Of a stretch of 24,630 nt of DNA, positions 1-5,926 are shown piece by piece. The notes beneath the pieces are model-generated. The model ran no database searches, was not told where the DNA came from, and saw only the letters and a list, made by a program, of their open reading frames with translations. The DNA comes from a virus (Duplodnaviria > Caudoviricetes). The stretch's first letter is position 1, and the number at the start of each line of letters is the position of its first letter. Location: IMG/VR virus record IMGVR_UViG_3300025167_000061, positions 1-24,630 of that record; one strand, given 5' to 3'. The position numbers and the translations under genes are program-made.

Positions 1-188
1 TCGGTTATCCATCATTGGGTAATATATCCAATATTCATGAGTGAATATCTGATATATGACACTTCCCAATTACTTGATACCGGCAGGGGAATTGTTTACT
101 TCTCAATTCCCATGACTAACGTATGGTTACGGCTTGATTAGTGTAACCAATATAAAAGTGAATACCTCTATTCACGATTATATAAATA

Positions 189-217
189 ATTATACCATGT
201 CTAAATACTTATGTCAA
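189..217 (-). promoter_or_regulatory. Leftward sigma70-type promoter P1
   Basis: Minus strand reads TTGACA (217-212), 17 nt, TATAAT (194-189), with TG in the extended -10 position: a perfect consensus. Confidence 0.85.
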
Positions 218-256
218 GTCTATTGGGTATATTTATTTATATAATCATTTATTAAT

Positions 257-355
257 ATATATCAGATATACGATAGCGAATATCAGATATATGATAGGGA
301 ATATTATATATTCATTCATAATGGTATTATCATTATAGTACTATATAACATATAA
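257..355. repeat. Array of five dyads at 21-bp period (core ATAT-N3-ATAT)
   Basis: Dyad centres are 264 (ATAT-cag-ATAT), 285 (ATAT-cag-ATAT), 306 (GAATAT-tat-ATATTC), 327 (ATAATGGT-att-ATCATTAT, degenerate) and 348 (TATAT-aac-ATATA). Confidence 0.7.
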
Positions 356-429
356 GTACTTAAGAGTATCTCAAAAGAGATAATGGAAACGTAAGTACTT
401 TATATTCATTGTAGTACCTATTATCCTTT

Positions 430-458
430 ATTATAGCACGTTAAATTGGCTATGTCAA
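430..458 (-). promoter_or_regulatory. Leftward sigma70-type promoter P2
   Basis: Minus strand reads TTGACA (458-453), 17 nt, TATAAT (435-430), with extended -10 TG: a perfect consensus. Confidence 0.85.
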
Positions 459-509
459 GTAAGATATATAGTATATGGTCATTTAAGCAATATATATTTT
501 ATCGTGCTC

Positions 510-541
510 TTGACAAAGGTATTTTATTATGGTACTATAAT
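510..541 (+). promoter_or_regulatory. Rightward sigma70-type promoter P3, divergent from P2
   Basis: TTGACA at 510-515, 17 nt, TACTAT at 533-538 with TG at 530-531, plus an overlapping TATAAT at 536-541. An 8-bp leader hairpin follows (CATCGTGC/GCACGATG, 553-574), then a GGAG RBS. Confidence 0.8.
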
Positions 542-592
542 GATAGTAAGACCATCGTGCAATGGGGCACGATGCAACTGGGAGAGTGCACA

Positions 593-1291
593 ATGAGTAA
601 AGCAAAGTTGAAAGAAGAGGTCCAGGAGGCAAAGGCAATTCAAACAAGGAGCGTGAATATTCTGCAGGCATGGGGTAAGAGGTACAACACGATTAATCAA
701 TCCAGTGCACGTGCACGGGAAGAGCAAGTCAAGTTAATGAAAGACTTGGTAATCGTGCGTGACAAGATCACAAGTGAATTGCCTGGGTACTTTACTTGGA
801 AGAGAATTTCAACCATCGTTAATGTACCAGAACCTACTCTAAAGTTTTATTATAGGATAGGTTCGCACAAAGAGGTACATCAGAAATTCGTGAAAGAAGG
901 AGCGCTTTACGCTTTCAAGTCTGAAAAGAGAGGCGCTACAAAAAGAGGTAGAAAGAATGAAGCCGACAAGCTGATATCGTTGCACAAGGCATTGGCATTG
1001 AGCGGAGAGAACGTATCAAATTACGTGCAACTGATTCAGAGATTGCTTCCGAAATTTGATGCACGATGCAAGTCCTGTGGCTTTCCGACTACGCTTACGA
1101 TGGTAGGTGCATCGTTTAAGGCATTAGTAGAAGGTAAGGATGTCAAGGTAACGTCTGCGACGGAGGTAACGAAACATACCACAAAAGAGATCGATGAAGC
1201 CCACAAGAAAGTGAGCACGTTACCATTTCAAAAACATACTGAGAAGGGAAGTGCTCGACAATCCACCATTAACGAAACACTACACCCGTAA
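593..1291 (+). CDS. Basic hypothetical protein with a putative helix-turn-helix, 232 aa
   Basis: Start moved from 446 to ATG 593, because GGAG lies at 581-584 and promoter P3 sits inside the longer ORF. The segment WKRISTIVNVPEPTLKFYYRIG looks like an HTH. It also has a Lys/Arg patch (KRGATKRGRK) and a single CxxC. Confidence 0.75.
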   Translation: MSKAKLKEEVQEAKAIQTRSVNILQAWGKRYNTINQSSARAREEQVKLMKDLVIVRDKITSELPGYFTWKRISTIVNVPEPTLKFYYRIGSHKEVHQKFVKEGALYAFKSEKRGATKRGRKNEADKLISLHKALALSGENVSNYVQLIQRLLPKFDARCKSCGFPTTLTMVGASFKALVEGKDVKVTSATEVTKHTTKEIDEAHKKVSTLPFQKHTEKGSARQSTINETLHP

Positions 1292-1323
1292 TAACGAACC
1301 AACGGGAAGTGTAAGTCAGAAAG

Positions 1324-1355
1324 AAGAGGGGGAGAAATTCCCCCTCTTTTTTTTT
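1324..1355 (+). terminator. Intrinsic terminator
   Basis: AAGAGGGGGA-gaaat-TCCCCCTCTT is a 10-bp stem running into a T tract that ends at 1355, about 30 nt after the stop at 1291. Confidence 0.9.
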
Positions 1356-1530
1356 GTCCTACAGCCTCGAATATTATATATCCGTTAACACACACACCTA
1401 TTGATATTAGCGTTTTGATATGCATAGCACTTCTCATTGCCCCAAAAAATTGTATTGCATATGTATATACATTTCATTTCAGGACGTATCCATGCACACT
1501 ATGTTCATACGGTATATATTATTATTATTT

Positions 1531-1632
1531 GTGGTGGGTACACGAGGGGTAGGGGGAGGGACCACGGGGTATTTGGGCTTTAAAGATATCACATACGTAG
1601 TGTGGGACATGAAACCCCAAATCCCCAACGTG
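1531..1632. other. G-run cluster and long imperfect inverted repeat in non-coding DNA
   Basis: Six runs of 3 or more G lie between 1536 and 1577. GTGGT/ACCAC (1531-1535/1561-1565) brackets four of them. GGGGtATTTGGG (1566-1577) pairs with CCCAAATCCCC (1616-1626). Confidence 0.5.
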
Positions 1633-1682
1633 CCATATTTAAAGGACTTGCGGACGTACTCAAAAATAAATGAAAATAAAGC

Positions 1683-1711
1683 TTGACATTTATCTAAAAG
1701 TATGGTACAAT
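1683..1711 (+). promoter_or_regulatory. Rightward sigma70-type promoter P4 heading the morphogenesis operon
   Basis: TTGACA at 1683-1688, 17 nt, TACAAT at 1706-1711, with extended -10 TG at 1703-1704. Confidence 0.85.
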
Positions 1712-1732
1712 GGAACTATAGTGAGATTTAAC

Positions 1733-1954
1733 ATGATGGAGGAAATTTTGGAAGAGAAGGAATTGGCGCACCGCATGGGAACCACAGTAGAAATGGTTCG
1801 CACGTGGGCACGAGAGGGCAAATTTAATAAAAACGTGAGCCTCGAGCAGCGGGATTTGCGGCTTTACATAAAATACAATGAATCTGACGCTGTAAGTTCT
1901 CTCCGAAAGGTCGATAGAATTTTGGATGAAATGGAAAACGGGAGACAAGATTGA
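1733..1954 (+). CDS. Small MerR/excisionase-like (HTH_17-type) DNA-binding protein
   Basis: ILEEKELAHRMGTTVEMVRTWAREGKF fits the L-x3-ELA-x2-(L/M)G-x4-TV-x2-W-x-REG pattern. Start moved to ATG 1733 (or 1736), downstream of P4. Confidence 0.75.
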   Translation: MMEEILEEKELAHRMGTTVEMVRTWAREGKFNKNVSLEQRDLRLYIKYNESDAVSSLRKVDRILDEMENGRQD

Positions 1955-2278
1955 ATGGAATTTCCCAAAATCCGGCGAATGGGATTTCTTCTTCTCCAAA
2001 AGTTGGGATTCAAAGTACGCGCCAACAACGTGGGAGTGCACTTCGAGCTCTCATTAGTGCCAATTCACATTGTGGCCTGCGATTTCTACATCTTTCGCCT
2101 CAACATCTTTTGGCCATTATTCATCAGTATCAGTGGGGGATTGAAAGGAAAGAAGGGATTGCAGATATACGGCGGGATAAAATATGATCCTACGAGCGAA
2201 GATTATCTCTTTAGTGTTGCTCTTCGCCTTCACGTGCTTGGCACCGAGTCTGGTATTCGCGGCCAGGCCAGCCTATAA
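1955..2278 (+). CDS. Hypothetical beta-rich hydrophobic protein
   Basis: ATG directly follows the preceding stop and GGAG lies upstream. The sequence has alternating hydrophobic strands. No family recognised. Confidence 0.6.
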   Translation: MEFPKIRRMGFLLLQKLGFKVRANNVGVHFELSLVPIHIVACDFYIFRLNIFWPLFISISGGLKGKKGLQIYGGIKYDPTSEDYLFSVALRLHVLGTESGIRGQASL

Positions 2279-2474
2279 TCATTGTGATTTCGTGCGCTTC
2301 TCGCGTACTTCATTTTTTGGGGGTTTTATGCTTATTCCTTCCACAGTTACAAAATCCTTAAATCCATATTTACTCTTTGGTGTTATTACCTCGTTGGATC
2401 AAATTTGTAATCGTTTTCAGGAACCAAAATTGTTGCCAACAAGTCCCGAGCGACTACAATATAGAGAGACTTAA
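2184..2474 (+). CDS. Possible hypothetical protein (start uncertain; ATG 2328 is an alternative)
   Basis: Its stop overlaps the next start (TAATG at 2472-2476) and it fills an otherwise empty gap. The long form overlaps the previous ORF by 95 nt and has a signal-peptide-like N-terminus. Confidence 0.35.
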   Translation: MILRAKIISLVLLFAFTCLAPSLVFAARPAYNHCDFVRFSRTSFFGGFMLIPSTVTKSLNPYLLFGVITSLDQICNRFQEPKLLPTSPERLQYRET

Positions 2475-2722
2475 TGCCAGTCAAAATTGGAAAAATTAGT
2501 GGTTCTCGCTATCGCGTTTCAACACCCCATGGTGTTAAGGCCAAATCCACGACTCGTGCAAAGGCACAAGCCCAAGCACGATTGCTTAAAGGCATTGAGC
2601 ATGGCTGGACTCCGATTGGTAAGAATGATACCACAAAGAGTGGTGGTCTTATTAAAGAAACTCATACTCACAGGGATGTTACAATAGGGGCTGGTCCCCG
2701 ACATCAGGGCAATATAATATAA
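2474..2722 (+). CDS. Small basic phage protein
   Basis: MPVKIGK...YRVSTPHGVKAKSTTRAKAQAQARLLKGIEHGW resembles small basic proteins I associate with phage head-gene regions. Function unknown. Confidence 0.75.
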   Translation: MPVKIGKISGSRYRVSTPHGVKAKSTTRAKAQAQARLLKGIEHGWTPIGKNDTTKSGGLIKETHTHRDVTIGAGPRHQGNII

Positions 2723-2734
2723 AGGAGATTTGAA

Positions 2735-3346
2735 ATGGCAAATTCCACAATGCTTAGACCCCATGCCCACGGTGGATTGGGCCAATATTCCTTTGGGGCT
2801 TCCAGTGGCTCCATGGCTGCCGGTTTGGCAGCCAACTCTCCTATCTTTAGTTTTCGGTGGGGTAATGCTTCAAATATTGCCCTTGTGGAAAGTATTACAT
2901 TTGATGCTGCCGTTAATGGAACAGCCTTTGCTGCTGGTGTAGCCACAGTTGGCCTCATATTTGCTCGTGCCTTCACAGCTTCCGATACTGATGGCACGGC
3001 TATTGTGCTAACCACAAACAATGCCAAACGAGATACTCGCATGGGTACTTCCCTCGTGACGGATGCCAGAATTGCCAGTACCGTCACTCTCGCGGCTGGT
3101 ACTCGAACATTGGACGCCCAAGACCTTTCTCGCATAACGGGCTCTCCCGGAACGGCCACTGCGGGCACAATCTTTGCGGGTTCTACTCTTTTATGGCATA
3201 ATTATGCTCAATCTCATCCATTAGTTTTGGCCCAAAACGAAGGTCTTATTATTCGTGCCACTGTGCCTGCCACTGGAGTTTGGGTCTTTTCGGTCACAAT
3301 GCATTGGGTCGAGCTTGAGAAATACAATGTATCAAGTGCTACATAA
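2735..3346 (+). CDS. Putative virion structural/decoration protein (beta-sandwich)
   Basis: Strong AAGGAG RBS. Ala/Gly/Thr-rich. The C-terminal HPLVLAQNEGLIIRA...FSVTMHWVE is typical of jelly-roll-like phage proteins. Confidence 0.7.
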   Translation: MANSTMLRPHAHGGLGQYSFGASSGSMAAGLAANSPIFSFRWGNASNIALVESITFDAAVNGTAFAAGVATVGLIFARAFTASDTDGTAIVLTTNNAKRDTRMGTSLVTDARIASTVTLAAGTRTLDAQDLSRITGSPGTATAGTIFAGSTLLWHNYAQSHPLVLAQNEGLIIRATVPATGVWVFSVTMHWVELEKYNVSSAT

Positions 3347-3368
3347 TAAGTAGCACAAAAGAATCTTT

Positions 3369-3560
3369 ATGTTACTTCCATTGCTCATGAATAATTTGCT
3401 TGCCGGAGTACCTCCAGCAGCCGAGGAAAGATATCCATTTATAACGAGGGATGCTCGTAGACGTATTGTAATCCCTCCATTCTTTCACCTTCCAATTTTT
3501 GGAGTTAAGGGTTTATGGCTGACAATACAACACTCAATACAGGAAGTGGCGGAGACGTAA
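3369..3560 (+). CDS. Small hypothetical protein (MLLPLLMN N-terminus)
   Basis: Only + strand ORF filling 3347-3514. It has a short hydrophobic N-terminus and no clear RBS, and overlaps the next gene by 46 nt. Confidence 0.45.
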   Translation: MLLPLLMNNLLAGVPPAAEERYPFITRDARRRIVIPPFFHLPIFGVKGLWLTIQHSIQEVAET

Positions 3561-4282
3561 TCGCCACTGATGATATTGGGGGCATCAAGTACCAAATTGT
3601 TAAAGAAGCCTTTGGACCTCTTGATACAGCCACCCTCGTAACGACTACTGTGGGTCTTCCCACCGATCCACTAGATCGTGCTCTTCGAGATTGTGGAAAG
3701 ATTGATATTGCTGTCTTTGATTCCGCACTTCCAGCAGGAACAAACAATATCGGAGATGTTGATGTTCTCACAATTGCTGCTGGAGATAACAACATTGGTA
3801 ATGTTGATATTGTGACGTTACCACCGCTTGTTGCGGGAACGGCTAATATTGGGGACGTGGATGTTCTTACCCTTCCCCCTATACCTGCCGGTACAAATAA
3901 CATTGGCGATATTGATGTCCTAACTCTCCCCGCAATAAATCAGCACGTAGCACCCGCAGTCGTAAGTTCCACCCAAGGTCCGACAAGAATCAATGTAACG
4001 GCCTCGGGTGATACTACGCTTCTTGCGGCCCCTGGCGGGGGACTCAGTATTTATGTCACCGGAATAATGGCAAGTAACCAAGGGGCATCTAAAATTCGTG
4101 CCCTGGTCCGAGAAGGAGCAGCCGGGACGATTCGTGGTGGTGGAACCCTTGCCGGTAATGGTGGTGGGTATGTCTTTCCATATACACCGGCCTGGAAGCT
4201 ACCGGCCAATACTGCCCTTGTTGCCAATCTTGGTGCTGCCGGTGATGTGGATTACACAGTTCATTTCTTTGTGGTGGCATAA
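3515..4282 (+). CDS. Putative short fibre/spike protein with repeat shaft and C-terminal beta-sandwich head
   Basis: Four repeats of L(P/A/V)AG(T/D)(N/A)NIG(D/N)(V/I)D(V/I)(L/V)T are followed by a domain reading TTLLAAPGGGLSIYVTGIMASN...WKLPANTALVANL...VDYTVHFFV. Confidence 0.7.
   Translation: MADNTTLNTGSGGDVIATDDIGGIKYQIVKEAFGPLDTATLVTTTVGLPTDPLDRALRDCGKIDIAVFDSALPAGTNNIGDVDVLTIAAGDNNIGNVDIVTLPPLVAGTANIGDVDVLTLPPIPAGTNNIGDIDVLTLPAINQHVAPAVVSSTQGPTRINVTASGDTTLLAAPGGGLSIYVTGIMASNQGASKIRALVREGAAGTIRGGGTLAGNGGGYVFPYTPAWKLPANTALVANLGAAGDVDYTVHFFVVA
3728..3931 (+). repeat. Four tandem 15-18 aa coding repeats (AGTNNIGDVDVLT)
   Basis: LPAGTNNIGDVDVLT / IAAGDNNIGNVDIVT / LPPLVAGTANIGDVDVLT / LPPIPAGTNNIGDIDVLT. 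The copies differ at synonymous positions. Confidence 0.9.
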
Positions 4283-4677
4283 TGGCTACGTTCGAGGAAT
4301 ACAAACTGGCGGCAGACGCAGCCCACAATTTAGAAGGTCTCCGGCGGGACATGCGGAGCAACGCCAACGGGTACATTCGTGATCTTAATAACCGAAGTCT
4401 GACTGAACTTGCGACTGTGATGACACAGGATGCCAACGAGTATCTCCGCAGGATCGGATGGGTTACTCGATTGACGGGGGATGCAACTCTCCGTGCGAAA
4501 CTGGTCAATGGTTTGACGGCCTTGGGTTTAACAGTAACCGAAGGGCAAAACAGCGTGGCCGAATTACGGACTGCCGCACAAAATTTACGAGACGTTGTAA
4601 AGACAACCAGTTTAGATATCACGGCGGCGGCAAACGCTGTCCTGGCGGCAGTTTCCTCTCATGAGACGGTATGGTAA
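4282..4677 (+). CDS. Hypothetical alpha-helical protein
   Basis: TAATG-coupled to the upstream gene; amphipathic helical pattern; 131 aa. Confidence 0.75.
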   Translation: MATFEEYKLAADAAHNLEGLRRDMRSNANGYIRDLNNRSLTELATVMTQDANEYLRRIGWVTRLTGDATLRAKLVNGLTALGLTVTEGQNSVAELRTAAQNLRDVVKTTSLDITAAANAVLAAVSSHETVW

Positions 4678-5259
4678 ATGGCGTGGGATAAGGGCTTCAA
4701 TTTCAGAACGACACCAAGTTACGTTACAGATGGCCCGGATGAGACGTATGTTGCGGAAGATATTTACCCCGTTACTCGAAATGGTGTCACATTTGGGTGG
4801 TCGAGTACAATCAGTGATAGGGACCGAGATTCGACTGTTGATCGACGACTTGCAGGATTAACACAGCGGACTAACGACGGCAACACCGAGACCTTCCGAG
4901 TTGATTTAGAGGCCGCTGATACTTATGACATTACTTTGGCCCTTGGTGACACAGGATTTCTACAAGGGTACCAATACTGTAATTTCCAAGACGACACGAC
5001 TGTATTTCAGACCATTGATGACACCAACGGAACGGCGGTGGACAATTATGATGATGCAACCGGAGTCAACCGGACCGAAGCCAACTGGCCGACACAGAAT
5101 GTTAAATATACTCGTATTTTTACCTCGGCAATCTTTCGGTGTCGGATTGGGTCTCCGGTAAGTCAGGCCAATTCCAGCACGATTGCACACTTATTTCTCA
5201 GTCGTATCTCGGCAGAAGAAGAACTCAATACCGCAATGCTTACCGGAGTAGGACGATAA
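4678..5259 (+). CDS. Acidic beta-sandwich protein, possible carbohydrate-binding module
   Basis: Starts directly after the previous stop. Asp/Thr-rich. FRVDLEAADTYDITLALGD resembles galactose-binding-like folds. Ends in AMLTGVGR. Confidence 0.65.
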   Translation: MAWDKGFNFRTTPSYVTDGPDETYVAEDIYPVTRNGVTFGWSSTISDRDRDSTVDRRLAGLTQRTNDGNTETFRVDLEAADTYDITLALGDTGFLQGYQYCNFQDDTTVFQTIDDTNGTAVDNYDDATGVNRTEANWPTQNVKYTRIFTSAIFRCRIGSPVSQANSSTIAHLFLSRISAEEELNTAMLTGVGR

Positions 5260-5444
5260 TGTGGAACTGGATCAAATCATGGTTCGTGACAACTCCGCAG
5301 AGTCCATTGACTTTGCAGGAGATGGCTGAGGATTATGTTGACCAAAAGTTACGCAATGATCCCTCGACCAAACTTATGTCCAAGGCGCAGCAAGAATCAG
5401 AAAGAAAAATGTGGATTGAGCTTTATCTCAAGGAGCCTATTTAG
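5259..5444 (+). CDS. Small hypothetical protein (MWNWIKSWF N-terminus), 61 aa
   Basis: Start moved to ATG 5259, based on the TAATG overlap and an upstream GGAG/AGGA. The N-terminal helix is amphipathic and Trp-rich. Confidence 0.6.
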   Translation: MWNWIKSWFVTTPQSPLTLQEMAEDYVDQKLRNDPSTKLMSKAQQESERKMWIELYLKEPI

Positions 5445-5452
5445 GAGTAATT

Positions 5453-5926
5453 TTGCCAAAATCCCGAGCCAAGACAATCTTCTTCAAGGACGCGAAGGGC
5501 AATGATATGGGATGGCACGATTTGAGTGCCGCCGAGGGCCGTCTGCTCGAGGCCCTTCATGCCCATGATATTGCTGAATGCTCGGTTACCGAGATTTGCA
5601 AACGGGCCTCTGTTTCTCGCATGAGTTACTATGCCTTCTTTAAACGTGAGCCCTTCCGAAGGGCTGTCAAGGAAGTGGCCGGTAACATGGTGTTTGAGGC
5701 CCTTGTACCAGTAACCCATAAACTTAGACAGAAGGCACTAGAGTTCAAGGATCATCATCCGGCCCGTATGCTTTTCGAGATGTCGGGCATGTTGAATCCC
5801 CAAGCCGTTGCAGCCACCCAAATCAATTTGAGTCTGGGATTTACCAGACCAAAGTTTGAGGATAAGGTAAAGAGTGGACTTACAGTTGAATTATCTGCCC
5901 CTGCCGATGCAAAGGAAATTCCATGA
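5453..5926 (+). CDS. terS: Terminase small subunit (HTH)
   Basis: TTG start with AGGAG RBS. HTH SVTEICKRASVSRMSYYAFF, a helical core and the C-terminal strand TQINLSLGF. It lies directly upstream of, and overlaps, TerL. Confidence 0.75.
   Translation: MPKSRAKTIFFKDAKGNDMGWHDLSAAEGRLLEALHAHDIAECSVTEICKRASVSRMSYYAFFKREPFRRAVKEVAGNMVFEALVPVTHKLRQKALEFKDHHPARMLFEMSGMLNPQAVAATQINLSLGFTRPKFEDKVKSGLTVELSAPADAKEIP

Noticed and set aside
257-355. CRISPR mini-array or type III toxin-antitoxin repeat array
   Set aside because: Units are only 21 bp, degenerate and have no unique spacers. They are also not co-transcribed with the downstream gene, because P3 starts after them.
446-592. N-terminal extension of the 281-aa ORF
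   Set aside because: It overlaps promoters P2 and P3 and has no RBS, whereas ATG 593 has GGAG.
1420-1732. ORF 1420-1686 and the 1670 start of the HTH gene
   Set aside because: Low-complexity spacer DNA with no RBS, and promoter P4 lies across these frames.
2069-2086. IVAC-x-F shared between ORF 1955 and the 57-aa ORF at 23710 (ATTGTGGCCTG in both)
   Set aside because: The match is too short to separate from chance, and the flanks do not align.
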